The notes below the pieces were generated by a model, which did no database searches, had not been told where the DNA came from, and saw nothing but the letters and a program-made list of their open reading frames with translations. From positions 195,216 to 259,215 of the forward strand of contig JACKGH010000001.1 in assembly GCA_020632075.1 (NCBI GenBank): a DNA stretch of 64,000 bases. The letters are read 5' to 3'. This document shows, piece after piece, positions 1 to 9,472 of the stretch. Position 1 is the first letter of the stretch. Every line of letters begins with the position of its first letter. The position numbers were made by a program, and so were the translations under genes. The DNA is from Candidatus Nomurabacteria bacterium. GTDB taxonomy: Bacteria; Patescibacteriota; Minisyncoccia; Phycocordibacterales; UBA918.

Positions 1-1
1 T

Positions 2-1051
2 GAGCAGGTAATGGAACAGATCCAACAGATCACTGACCCTGAAGTGCTACAGGAGATCGTGAACGAAACTGTCAAGGCGATCCAAGGTATTACCGAAGAC
101 CTTACCATTGTTGGTCCGCCAACAGTTATTCCTGAAACTACCACAGCAATTGTGCGCTGGACCACGGATCGTGAAGCGTCCTCAGAGGTGCTTTTCTCAC
201 CAACAAAGGGCTTTGATGGGACAAATTATGCATACTCACAGAGGTCTACAGCTGGTAATACAACTGATCACGAAGTGCAGCTTATTGGTCTCGATCCGTT
301 TACCGAGTACAGCTTTAAGGTGCTTTCTACTGACACATACGGTATTGAGGGTGCTAGTCGCAACTTTACCTTTAAGACCAAGGCCACAGCTCCAGATATT
401 CGCAATCTTCGGGTGGTTAAGGTGGAAGAAAACTCTGCGACACTCGCGTGGGACACAAACGTTCCAGCAAAGGCTCTGGTAGAGTATCAAGATCAAACCA
501 CCGGTGAGCAGCAGTCTGTCGGTCGTCCGACCTTGGCTACGACTCACCAGATGCGCCTTTCTGATCTTACATTGGGCACTCGATACGTGGCCTTTGTAAC
601 TGCAGAAAACTCAGGTGGTGACCGCGTGCGTAGTCAGCCAATTCAGTTCATTACCGTCCGCGACGTGGTAGCTCCGATCATCACCAATGTAACAAACGAA
701 TCCACGCTCTTTCCGGGTGATGAATCACGAATTCAGACCATTGTTGAGTGGAACACAGACGAACCCTCGTACTGTCTAATGACATACAACGAAAGCGGTG
801 CATTGGCTGAAGAGGCAGTTACAATTGAAAAAGAGCAAATAGAGTACAAGACCAGCCATGTTGAAGTGGTAGTTGATTTTGCGCCAGCGACGGTGTATCA
901 GTTTTTCCTTGTGTGTGCAGATGAAGCTGGTAACGACATAAAGTCAGAAAATTATGTACTCTTCACACCGATCCAGGAGAAAAACATCATTGACTTGATC
1001 ATCGAGAACTTTGAATCAACCTTTGGTTGGGTAAAGAATATCGGCGCGTAG
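2..1051 (+). CDS. Secreted fibronectin-type-III-like repeat protein (5' partial; frame is open to the window edge)
   Basis: Repeated ~100-aa modules with the Fn3/purple-acid-phosphatase-N-like pattern (for example LAWDTNVPAKALVEYQ...YVAFVTAENSGG and IVEWNTDEPSYCLMTYN). No in-frame stop upstream of the first ATG. Confidence 0.6.
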   Translation, partial: EQVMEQIQQITDPEVLQEIVNETVKAIQGITEDLTIVGPPTVIPETTTAIVRWTTDREASSEVLFSPTKGFDGTNYAYSQRSTAGNTTDHEVQLIGLDPFTEYSFKVLSTDTYGIEGASRNFTFKTKATAPDIRNLRVVKVEENSATLAWDTNVPAKALVEYQDQTTGEQQSVGRPTLATTHQMRLSDLTLGTRYVAFVTAENSGGDRVRSQPIQFITVRDVVAPIITNVTNESTLFPGDESRIQTIVEWNTDEPSYCLMTYNESGALAEEAVTIEKEQIEYKTSHVEVVVDFAPATVYQFFLVCADEAGNDIKSENYVLFTPIQEKNIIDLIIENFESTFGWVKNIGA

Positions 1052-1106
1052 GCTAGTGTGGACGACTCGCTGGTAGAAGTCATACTAATGATGCGATAAT
1101 ACAAAC

Positions 1107-2429
1107 ATGGCAAAACCGCTCATTGTAGCTAGGGATCTTTCGATTATTTACAACAAGGGTAAGTCGAATGAATTTAAAGCCCTCCAGGGTGTGAACACTG
1201 ATATCTACGAAGGTGAGTACATTATTCTCTTCGGTCCGTCTGGTTGTGGGAAATCTACCCTCATGTATTCGATCCAAGGTTCTCTACCGCCGGGAGAAGG
1301 AACCTTGCTTATCAAGGGTGATGATGTGTACTCGTACCCGCCGGCCGAGCGTGTCTACTTCCAGCGTTACGTGATGGGTATTATTTTCCAGCAGTTCAAC
1401 CTCATCATGTCACTCTCAGTGCTCGACAATGTAGCGCTTCCAATGATCTTTTGTAATGAAGATAAGCAGACCCGTAACCGTCGCGCGCAATCACTCCTTG
1501 ATCGATTTGGCGTAGGTCACGTGTCACACAAGATCCCAGCAATGCTTTCTGGAGGTCAGCAACAGCGTGTGTCTGTGTCACGCTCCATGGTGAATGACCC
1601 GAAGATCCTTTTGGCCGACGAACCAACCGGTAACCTTGACTCCGTTTCGACACAGCAGGTAATGGACAAGATCGATGAGATCAACACGTTTGACCGCCGT
1701 ACCATTATCATGGTGTCCCACAACGCTGCTCACCTGAGCTATGCGCACCGGGTGTACTACCTCAAGGACGGACGTATTTTGCGCGAGGTGGTCAATCCAC
1801 AGCGTAAGCAGATAAAGCCTGTCCGAGAAGGGGAGACGATCGTGACTGAGCTTGAGCAGCTTGCACGTCTGTATCCGTATGACTCTGTAGACACTTGGCG
1901 AGTAAAAAGTATGGTCAATTACCTGACTCAGGACTACACATTTGATCAGTTGCAGCGTCTTGAACGAGCAACGAGTTTGTTTATTCAAGGCAAGATCGAT
2001 CGAGACTCATTCATCAAAGCACTGATACTTCCACTCGAGCGTGGTGGGGTAGAGGTGAGTGAGACAGAAGCACGCCGTATGGCAAGTGTCACTGAGCGCA
2101 TGCTCGATCAGGCGGCTGATATCAAGCGATATCGAGCTAGAAAGGATAATGACAATGTGTTCTTTAGTCAGCATAAGCTGGCTGAGCGTATGCGGGATCA
2201 TCTGATGCATGAATATCGGATTAAGCTTACCAAAGAGCAAAATAACAACATGACTGAACTGATCGCTGACCGCGTAACAGGGGTAACTGAAGCGGCAGAG
2301 ATGAACGAACGTATGACGAAGGGCATACGCTCTGGTGGTTTGGCTTTGAGTGAGAAGGAGGCAGACGACCTCTCGCGACATTTTGAAAAGATCGTTGCTC
2401 AAGGAGTAGACGTAAGTTACAAAAAATAG
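1107..2429 (+). CDS. ABC transporter ATP-binding protein, FtsE/MacB/LolD family, with ~215-aa C-terminal extension
   Basis: Walker A GPSGCGKST, Q-loop IFQQ, signature LSGGQQQRVSVSRS, Walker B ILLADEPTGNLD, H-loop VSHN. The C-terminal half is charged and coiled-coil-like and is not part of a canonical ABC domain. Confidence 0.85.
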   Translation: MAKPLIVARDLSIIYNKGKSNEFKALQGVNTDIYEGEYIILFGPSGCGKSTLMYSIQGSLPPGEGTLLIKGDDVYSYPPAERVYFQRYVMGIIFQQFNLIMSLSVLDNVALPMIFCNEDKQTRNRRAQSLLDRFGVGHVSHKIPAMLSGGQQQRVSVSRSMVNDPKILLADEPTGNLDSVSTQQVMDKIDEINTFDRRTIIMVSHNAAHLSYAHRVYYLKDGRILREVVNPQRKQIKPVREGETIVTELEQLARLYPYDSVDTWRVKSMVNYLTQDYTFDQLQRLERATSLFIQGKIDRDSFIKALILPLERGGVEVSETEARRMASVTERMLDQAADIKRYRARKDNDNVFFSQHKLAERMRDHLMHEYRIKLTKEQNNNMTELIADRVTGVTEAAEMNERMTKGIRSGGLALSEKEADDLSRHFEKIVAQGVDVSYKK

Positions 2430-2431
2430 AT

Positions 2432-3652
2432 ATGCGCGTCCAAGATCTAGCACAACTCTCAACTCGTATGTTCAAGACCAATCCACTCCGTACATGGTTG
2501 ACTATTCTTGGTATGGGTGTTGGGACAGGCGCGGTGGTGGTGTTGGTGGGGCTTGGATTTGGTCTCCAGAAGATCATTCTTGAGCAGATCGTGTTTGGTG
2601 ATTCTCTGCTTTCTCTCGGTGTCTCAGCAAGTGGTAGCGCGAAAGAGTTGCAGCTTACTCCAGAAACTGTTCAGGAGATCGAGGAAAATGAATTGGTGGT
2701 AGACGCTGCACCGCTCGCACGTTTTCCAGCTCTTGTCACGTATAAAGGATTAACAGGTAACGTTTTCATTCAAGGTGTTGAGCCACCATATTTGCGCTTT
2801 GCGGGTGTAACTGCTGAAGCTGGAGAAGCCTTTACTGATGAAGATGCGGGTGACACAAATACCATTATGCTTTCACCAGCCGTTTTGAAACTTTTCGGAG
2901 TTGCTGATGATGAGATGGATTCATTTATTGGTGAGAAAGTTTCATTCCGGCTTTTAGTACCTTCGGAGACCAACCCTGAAGATGTTAGCGAAATCGTGAT
3001 CGAGAAAGAGTACACTGTGCGCGGCATAACTAAAGAGCAGGGAGTACTCAATGTGATGATGATGCTTCCAGAGCTCAGAAACTACGTTGGTATCGATAAA
3101 TATGAACGCATTCAGGTTAACGTGATCGACAATGAAGCGCTACCAGTTGTTGAAAAATGGCTCGTAGAGGAGAAAAAGTTTAGAGTAACTGCTTTGTCTA
3201 AGACGGTTGAACAAGCCTCCAAGATCTTTCAAGGCATCCAGGCAGTACTAGCGGTCTTTGGTGGTATTGCGCTAGTTGTGTCGGCCATCGGCATGTTCAA
3301 CACTATGACAGTAACGCTTTTGGAGCGTACGAAAGAAATCGGTATTATGCGTACCATTGGAGCAGCGCCAAACGACGTAAAGTATCTGTTCGTTTCGGAA
3401 TCGATCGTAGTAGGTTTTCTGGGAGGAATAACGGGAATTTTAATGGGTGTGGTGCTTGGGTTCACAGTAAATGTGCTTCTTAACTGGCTAGCGAAGAGCC
3501 AGGGTGGTCAAGCTGTAAGCCTCTTCTCGTTCCCGTTCGATTTTTTGCTGTTCATTGCACTTTTCTCTGCTGCAGTAGGGTACTTGACCGGTATTTTCCC
3601 AGCTAGTCGCGCATCAAAGCTCAATCCGCTTGATGCGATTCGCTACGAGTAA
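2432..3652 (+). CDS. ABC transporter permease, FtsX/MacB family (TM1, large extracytoplasmic domain, three C-terminal TMs)
   Basis: One N-terminal TM, a ~220-aa ectodomain, and a C-terminal FtsX-like 3-TM bundle (GIMRTIGAAPNDVKYLFVSESIVVGFLGG). Sits immediately after the ATPase with a 2-nt gap. Confidence 0.8.
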   Translation: MRVQDLAQLSTRMFKTNPLRTWLTILGMGVGTGAVVVLVGLGFGLQKIILEQIVFGDSLLSLGVSASGSAKELQLTPETVQEIEENELVVDAAPLARFPALVTYKGLTGNVFIQGVEPPYLRFAGVTAEAGEAFTDEDAGDTNTIMLSPAVLKLFGVADDEMDSFIGEKVSFRLLVPSETNPEDVSEIVIEKEYTVRGITKEQGVLNVMMMLPELRNYVGIDKYERIQVNVIDNEALPVVEKWLVEEKKFRVTALSKTVEQASKIFQGIQAVLAVFGGIALVVSAIGMFNTMTVTLLERTKEIGIMRTIGAAPNDVKYLFVSESIVVGFLGGITGILMGVVLGFTVNVLLNWLAKSQGGQAVSLFSFPFDFLLFIALFSAAVGYLTGIFPASRASKLNPLDAIRYE

Positions 3653-3690
3653 AGTTATACACAGTTAGCGTAAAATGCTGTGTATAACTG
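3653..3690. repeat. 12-bp perfect inverted repeat hairpin (AGTTATACACAG / CTGTGTATAACT) downstream of the permease gene, without a U-tract
   Basis: Read directly from the sequence. No T-run follows, so its function as a terminator is uncertain. Confidence 0.4.
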
Positions 3691-3753
3691 ACTGATTCAG
3701 TAGACTGTTCTCGGTACAATATACACAAAGGTTTAGTTAGTTATTTAGTATGT

Positions 3754-5649
3754 ATGATGTATAAACACGAAGAGTTTCCGCGCTATGTCCGCACAGCAGG
3801 AAAAGTAACCATCCTGACAGCCACAGTCGGGTTGTTTGTCTTTTTCATGACCTGGATGTTTGACTTTGGTGCAGCGGAGCTAAGTAAAGTGCAGGCACAG
3901 GACTCTGCTACCACAACACTGACTGTGTTGAATACCCCGCCTGAATTCACGCTTAACGCGTACGAAGTAACTGACTCTTCAACCTCAACTCCAACTAACT
4001 CTGGTGATGTTATGCAATGGGCTGCTATCGGTACAGACAGTAACAGTGCTCCGTACTTCCTCCTCATCTGTAGCAATAACGCCTCGCCAACAGCCAACGC
4101 AGCGCTAGACTCATTTAGTCTTGGTACAGAACCACCAGAATGTGATGGTAGTGCCATACAGTGGGGTGTTTCTGCTGCGACAGTCAGTGGAGCAGTAGCT
4201 ACTGTGTCGACTACTACGGAAGAAGGTGGGCAGTTTGCTGAGAAGCAAGAGTGGTATGCCTGGGTATGTGACGATGATCCGACCAGTCCTCGCTGTAACA
4301 ACTACTCTGTAACCGGGCCAACTTCAACTGTTGCCTCATCATCGCCGTGGCACATGAACTATCGACCACAGCTCATTAATTTCTACAACGACGGTGGCGT
4401 CGATCCGCTTGCGACGCTTACTTTCTATTCAACATCGTCTGACCCTGACGTGGTGGACGATGATGTTAACGATGACTTCATCTACATTCTTGTTTGTTCA
4501 ACCAACTCAAACTACAGCAGTTCAACGAACACTTGTACTACAGAACTTGGTTCTAGTACCATTGGCGTCTATTCAAATGCCTCTACTTCAATCACTATTC
4601 CAGCACCGATGCAAGACCAGGGCTATGCTGCGTACGCGTACATCTTTGATGAGCATGGCCACACTGCAACTGGAAGTCCATTCTATGCGCCATACGTTGT
4701 TAATAACGTACCGCCGTATGTTGCTGGTGGAGACATAGATCTGTACGGTGACGCTGGCATTGGTTCAAACTTAGTACTCTCAGTGGAAGGAGGTGAAACT
4801 CCAAGTAGTACGATTGACTTTAAGGTTACTGACAATAACAGTTGTGAAAAGGCTGGCGGTGGTGACGAGATCGTTTCATTCGGTCTTTCAGTCTTCCGTT
4901 CAAGCATCGGCACTACAACCTGTGATGGTTCGGGGACAAATTATGACCCTAACAACTGTTACGATAGTGGTGTATCTTCTGCAGTCTGGGATCTTCAGTG
5001 TACCGCTACCACAACTTGCTCAGGGCCATCACAAGACAACATTGAATACACGTGTACCTTCCCGCTGTGGTTCGTGGCTGACCCTACTGATGCTGGCTCA
5101 GTACTTTTCTCAGCAGACAATTGGTCAGCCGGTGTCTACGGTGTAGATGATGACTTTGCTACCGGTACTATGGCAACCACCTCAAATGCAAAGGAACTCA
5201 ATGGTTATGCTGCTATTGATATTGCTGCTGCAGATATTGCCTACGGTCAGCTTGAACCAGGAAGTGATACAGGAACGCTCATTGCCACTTCAACACTGAT
5301 CAATGTTGGTAATACAGGACTCGACCAAGATATTGAAGGAGAGTCAATGTGTAATACTTTCTCACTCTCATCACTGTGTAAGGGTTCAGCTACTTCTACA
5401 ATCGATGCTAACAATCAATGGTTTGGAACATCAACTGCATTCTCATACGGTGTTGCTCCAGCACTTCAGCTATCATCGACAACAGTTCAGGAGATTGAGA
5501 CAAATGCATTCAAGAGTACGTCTACATCCAGCCCTGTTCAAAAGGACACTTACTGGGGTATTGGGGTCCCGTCAGGTATCACCTATGCAGGTTCGTATAC
5601 TGGACTCAACACCTTCTACGCGGTGGCGTCAGAAGACCTCTGGAACTAG
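3754..5649 (+). CDS. Thr/Ser-rich, Cys-rich secreted protein with N-terminal signal-anchor
   Basis: N-terminal hydrophobic segment, low-complexity T/S-rich composition, many Cys pairs. No recognised catalytic motif. Confidence 0.55.
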   Translation: MMYKHEEFPRYVRTAGKVTILTATVGLFVFFMTWMFDFGAAELSKVQAQDSATTTLTVLNTPPEFTLNAYEVTDSSTSTPTNSGDVMQWAAIGTDSNSAPYFLLICSNNASPTANAALDSFSLGTEPPECDGSAIQWGVSAATVSGAVATVSTTTEEGGQFAEKQEWYAWVCDDDPTSPRCNNYSVTGPTSTVASSSPWHMNYRPQLINFYNDGGVDPLATLTFYSTSSDPDVVDDDVNDDFIYILVCSTNSNYSSSTNTCTTELGSSTIGVYSNASTSITIPAPMQDQGYAAYAYIFDEHGHTATGSPFYAPYVVNNVPPYVAGGDIDLYGDAGIGSNLVLSVEGGETPSSTIDFKVTDNNSCEKAGGGDEIVSFGLSVFRSSIGTTTCDGSGTNYDPNNCYDSGVSSAVWDLQCTATTTCSGPSQDNIEYTCTFPLWFVADPTDAGSVLFSADNWSAGVYGVDDDFATGTMATTSNAKELNGYAAIDIAAADIAYGQLEPGSDTGTLIATSTLINVGNTGLDQDIEGESMCNTFSLSSLCKGSATSTIDANNQWFGTSTAFSYGVAPALQLSSTTVQEIETNAFKSTSTSSPVQKDTYWGIGVPSGITYAGSYTGLNTFYAVASEDLWN

Positions 5650-5664
5650 GTGACTCACATTTTG

Positions 5665-5703
5665 CAACAGCCGCTGTTATCCAACAGCGGCTGTTGCTTT
5701 TTG
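5665..5703 (+). terminator. Rho-independent terminator (AACAGCCGCTGTT / AACAGCGGCTGTT stem, then TTGCTTTTTG)
   Basis: GC-rich hairpin with a U-tract 15 nt after the stop codon. Confidence 0.7.
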
Positions 5704-5738
5704 CCCTTTAATTTCTGATAATAGGGAGGTATACATAC

Positions 5739-6692
5739 ATGAAAGTGCGCGCGACAAAGTTGCTATTTTTGGCTCTTTTTGTGCCTGTACTGTTTTTCAG
5801 TACAGGTGTTTCTGAAGTGCTAGCTGGATTCGGTATTACACCGCCGTATGTTCGTAATACTAGTTTGACTCGTAATTCCATTTATGAGCAACAGATTCTC
5901 TTGGTGCGCGGTGAAGCAAACGTTGCACATAATGCTGAAGTTTCAATTGATGCTCCTGAGATCCAAGACTGGATCGAGATTGTTGAAGGTGAAGTTATTC
6001 CAATGCCAAAGGGTGTGCAAAAAGTGCCAATGACTGTACGAATCAAAGTGCCGAGCGATGCTGAGTTCAAGGATTATGAGGGCGCTATCCGTATTCGTAC
6101 ACTTCCAGCTAGCGGTGAAGTCCCCTCTGGAGCAGTTAATATTTCACTCGGGGCACGTGTTGACATTGACCTCTCAGTTATCGATAGAGAAATCAAGGAG
6201 TTTAGAGTACGTAGAATTTCAGTACATGATTTGAACGAAGGTAAAAAAGTTGCTTGGTTGTTTTTTCCTGGAAAGATTCGCTTTGACATGATGATTGAAA
6301 ATACAGGAAATGTAGATGTCGCACCATCTCAAGTAGAGTTCAGGATATTTGATCGTGCAGGCAAGGTACTGCTCGAGGAAACTACTAACCTTGGTAAAAT
6401 AGTAAAAGTGGCACCATATGGTACTGAAACCGTTACAGCAGCTCTGCCAACTCGTTTGCCCGCTGGTGGATACATTGCTCGATATAAAATTTACAATGGT
6501 GAGGACGTAGTGCAAGAAGGAGATCTAACCTTGAATGTACTGCCTGCTGGAACATTGGACGTGGCAGGATTTGGCTTCATCGGGCTCTCACTCGCACACA
6601 AGGTCTCAATCTTGTTGCCGATCTTTGCAGTGATTATTGCTGGTCTCTACGTACTGCATGCACGCAGACGTAACAAAATGACCAGCATGTAG
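5739..6692 (+). CDS. DUF916/DUF3324-like cell-surface protein (signal peptide, two-domain ectodomain, C-terminal TM anchor with basic tail), CscA-like
   Basis: Signal peptide, then motif WIEIVEGEVIPMPKGVQKVPMTVRIKVPSDAEFKDYEGAIRI, then a second domain ENTGNVDVAPSQVEFRIFDRAGKVL, then a C-terminal TM followed by HARRRNK. Paralogous to the CDSs at 23000 and 23982. Confidence 0.6.
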   Translation: MKVRATKLLFLALFVPVLFFSTGVSEVLAGFGITPPYVRNTSLTRNSIYEQQILLVRGEANVAHNAEVSIDAPEIQDWIEIVEGEVIPMPKGVQKVPMTVRIKVPSDAEFKDYEGAIRIRTLPASGEVPSGAVNISLGARVDIDLSVIDREIKEFRVRRISVHDLNEGKKVAWLFFPGKIRFDMMIENTGNVDVAPSQVEFRIFDRAGKVLLEETTNLGKIVKVAPYGTETVTAALPTRLPAGGYIARYKIYNGEDVVQEGDLTLNVLPAGTLDVAGFGFIGLSLAHKVSILLPIFAVIIAGLYVLHARRRNKMTSM

Positions 6693-6693
6693 T

Positions 6694-7800
6694 ATGGCTG
6701 CACTTGTTCGTTATTGTATCGCTTTCATTCTCTTCGTACTTCCAGTTTCAGTCTGGGCTGGTAATCAGTATGCAACAACAACTCTCTCCTTGAGTATTTG
6801 TGGTAATGAACTTGTTGATGATGGGGAGGACTGTGATGTCATTGGTGAAATCGGTACCTATAGCCAAACCATTGCTGGTCGTCAGTGTACACCACAGTGT
6901 CTCTGGGGTCCGTACTGTGGAGACGGTATTCTGCAAACAGTACACGGTGAAGAGTGTGACGATGGTAATAATGATGACGGGGATTTCTGTTCAGCAGTAT
7001 GTCGCATTGAACCGGCAGGTTCTGGCGGCGGCGGTTCGTCTGGCGGTAATACCGGTGGCGGGGGAGGAAGAGATACAGAACTCGGCGACACTATCGTGAA
7101 TATTGTTGGGCGCGGATACCCATCTCGTACCATCAATTTTTTGCTAGACACAGAATCTGTCGGAACTGTGCAGTCAGATCGTGAGGGTAACTTTGAGTTT
7201 GCGACTGACGCTTCACCAGGCACTGCAACTCTTGGAATCTGGTCCACCGATAGTTCTGGGAGGCGTTCAATTACTCTAAACAATACCTTTGATATTACAC
7301 AAGGAGCAATCACTAACTTAAACGGAATCTTACTGCCACCAACCATTGCTGTGCAAAGTCAAAACATTGACCCTGGTGCGGTGATTACCGTATCAGGTCA
7401 GAGTGTTCCAAGTGCGCGAGTTGAGTTGCATGTAGACGATAGCGATCTTGTAGAAACCACCACCGCGGGTTCAAATGGAAACTGGACCATATCTCTAGAC
7501 ACCAGTCGGCTGAGCATAGCTGAGCACATACTTCGAGCCCGCACAGTAGTTGGTACTCCGCCACTTACTACAGAGAGTGCATTTAGTACCTCACTACAGT
7601 TGTTTGTTGGAGTTGATGGACAGATAAGTCAACCTTCAGACCTTAATCGCGACGGCCTCGTGAACTTGATCGACTTTTCTATTCTGATCTTCTGGTGGGG
7701 TACAAGTGGTGGCGATTCTGATCCTCCTGCTGATATTAATCAGAATGGACAAGTTAGCTTGGAAGACTTTTCTATTTTGCTATTTAACTGGACCGGATAA
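6694..7800 (+). CDS. Secreted protein with Cys-rich CxxDDGN repeats, Gly-rich linker, Ig-like region and C-terminal dockerin-like domain
   Basis: CGNELVDDGEDCD and CGDGILQTVHGEECDDGNNDDGDFCSAVC repeats. C-terminal pair DLNRDGLVNLIDFSIL and DINQNGQVSLEDFSIL matches the dockerin Ca-binding repeat pattern DxNxDGxVNxxDxxxL. Confidence 0.7.
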   Translation: MAALVRYCIAFILFVLPVSVWAGNQYATTTLSLSICGNELVDDGEDCDVIGEIGTYSQTIAGRQCTPQCLWGPYCGDGILQTVHGEECDDGNNDDGDFCSAVCRIEPAGSGGGGSSGGNTGGGGGRDTELGDTIVNIVGRGYPSRTINFLLDTESVGTVQSDREGNFEFATDASPGTATLGIWSTDSSGRRSITLNNTFDITQGAITNLNGILLPPTIAVQSQNIDPGAVITVSGQSVPSARVELHVDDSDLVETTTAGSNGNWTISLDTSRLSIAEHILRARTVVGTPPLTTESAFSTSLQLFVGVDGQISQPSDLNRDGLVNLIDFSILIFWWGTSGGDSDPPADINQNGQVSLEDFSILLFNWTG

Positions 7801-7801
7801 A

Positions 7802-7833
7802 ACACTGATGACCGTCAGTGTTTTACTTTATTT
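7802..7833 (+). terminator. Rho-independent terminator (ACACTGA / TCAGTGT, then TTTACTTTATTT)
   Basis: Hairpin plus T-rich tract directly after the stop codon. Confidence 0.65.
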
Positions 7834-7912
7834 GAGCAAAATTTGTGTATAAGTGACACATTCGAAAAGTGTGATGTCGTACAATTAGGTTGTATCTGCA
7901 AAGGAGGTGATC

Positions 7913-7951
7913 ATGTTTAGTATCACTGCACGCGTTTTTTTAAATGCGTGA
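7913..7951 (+). CDS. Candidate 12-aa leader peptide (MFSITARVFLNA) with perfect Shine-Dalgarno, followed by a CACGC/GCGTG hairpin containing a U-run
   Basis: AAAGGAGGTGATC sits 4 nt upstream of the ATG and is the strongest SD in the window. The ORF ends inside a small hairpin upstream of the WxL-like gene. Confidence 0.3.
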   Translation: MFSITARVFLNA

Positions 7952-8099
7952 GCACTTCAGCCGAGTGTCACTTTGCAGGTATGCTTACAGTGCATTATCA
8001 CAAGAAGCGGAGTGGAGACCACTTCTTGGTACGAGCGAAGCTCGTCTGTATAACCACACCACGGAATACAGGCTGTAAGACTAATACAACGTAGAGTAT

Positions 8100-9212
8100 A
8101 TGCACAGAGCGTCCAACACGTTCTCAGTGCTCCAAGCAACAGCAGCGATCGTAAGCTTCGCAGTGATCCTTTGGTCATTCGGCCTACCATCATTCCACTT
8201 TGCGGAAGCTGCAAATGTCACTTCGTACAGCGACACACTCTCGACCTCACAGCCGAGCGTTGCCGCAGATCACACTATTGTGTTTACAACCCCTTCAGGT
8301 GTTGCAAACAACAATACAATTACCATTGACCTTTCTTCCTTCAACGGAACAAGTTCTATTACAGCAACCGATATCGCTGTCTCAACAACTTCTGCCTTCA
8401 CCGTAGCCGCAACTTGTGGTGGTGGTGAGCAGATTGGAGCTGCATTCGGTACCAATGACAGTACACTCACACTGACATTGTGTGCTTCTGAAGGCTATAG
8501 TATTCCAGCTAATGGAACAACTACCATTGCAATCGGAGGTACAAATAAACTTGTAAACCCAACTGCTGGGTCATATCAGATCCCGCTTACTGCAGGAGCT
8601 TCTGACCTAGGAGAAACACGGGTTGCTATCGTTGATACAGTTACAGTTACTGCTTCGGTTGATACATACTTCCAGTTCTCAGTAGCTGGAGTAACATCCG
8701 GACAAACCGTAAATGGAACGACGACAGGTGGAGCAACAAGTGCAACTTTGATCCCATTTGGTGAACTGTCCGCTGGTTCAGCCAGTACAGCCGCCCAGGA
8801 TCTTACAGTTGTGACTAACGCTCGAAATGGTTTCACGGTGACAGTGACCTCAGACGGTCAGCTTGATTCTATTACTGGTGCTGACATCGATGGTTTCCGA
8901 AACGGGGGCTACGATGATACGCCACAGGCATGGGAAGCACCAAGTGTGACGATCGGTCAGGAAAATACGTATGGTCACTGGGGTATTACCTCAGACGATA
9001 CGGACATCTTTGCCGCAACTGAGACATACGTTTCAGCATCGACAACAGCAGTGCAGATCTTTACTCACGATAGTCCTGTAGATGGTGTTAATTTCCCATC
9101 AACTGGTACTAGTACGACGCGAGTAGGATACACCGTGCAGGTGAGTGCGTTGCAGGAAGCTGCAACGGACTATGAAGCTACGCTGACATACGTAGCAACA
9201 CCAGTATTCTAA
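8100..9212 (+). CDS. Secreted surface protein with divergent C-terminal WxL-like domain (aromatic positions F/Y instead of W), CscB-like
   Basis: N-terminal TM/signal, T/S-rich. The C-terminal ~190 aa align with the C-terminus of the giant protein at 15855: IPFGELSAGSASTAAQDLTVVTNARNGFTVTVTSDGQL against IGFGSVSIGTSQEAAQHLTINTNATEGYQLFLFVDQQL, and terminal ATLTYVATPVF against AAISYLVTPVF. Confidence 0.6.
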   Translation: MHRASNTFSVLQATAAIVSFAVILWSFGLPSFHFAEAANVTSYSDTLSTSQPSVAADHTIVFTTPSGVANNNTITIDLSSFNGTSSITATDIAVSTTSAFTVAATCGGGEQIGAAFGTNDSTLTLTLCASEGYSIPANGTTTIAIGGTNKLVNPTAGSYQIPLTAGASDLGETRVAIVDTVTVTASVDTYFQFSVAGVTSGQTVNGTTTGGATSATLIPFGELSAGSASTAAQDLTVVTNARNGFTVTVTSDGQLDSITGADIDGFRNGGYDDTPQAWEAPSVTIGQENTYGHWGITSDDTDIFAATETYVSASTTAVQIFTHDSPVDGVNFPSTGTSTTRVGYTVQVSALQEAATDYEATLTYVATPVF

Positions 9213-9243
9213 AGAATATTGGCTCTAAGCTTGGAGTTAAAAC

Positions 9244-9282
9244 GCAAAAAACCCTATCTCCCACCACGAGTGGGGTTTTTTG
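9244..9282 (+). terminator. Rho-independent terminator (CCCAC / GTGGG, then GTTTTTTG), with an A-run upstream
   Basis: AAAAAACCCTATCTCCCACCACGAGTGGGGTTTTTTG. Confidence 0.7.
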
Positions 9283-9436
9283 TTGCTTGAGCCAACGAGC
9301 GGAGCGACTATGGCGAAAGTACGCCAGTAATTTGCTTATTTCCTAAAGCAAATTATCGGCGTGTCAAATCTTCACGATTCGGAATCTGGCGGTAGCGAGC
9401 TGTGAACAAATGCTCTAAGAACAGGCATAAACTCCT

Positions 9437-9466
9437 TTGTGCACGTTGTGTACAGTCACTTAAAAT
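9437..9466 (+). promoter_or_regulatory. Putative sigma70-like promoter TTGTGC-N17-TTAAAAT upstream of the first cohesin-like gene
   Basis: Hexamer spacing read from the sequence. The likely ATG at ~9497 is preceded by AAGG. Confidence 0.3.
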
Positions 9467-9472
9467 CACTGC

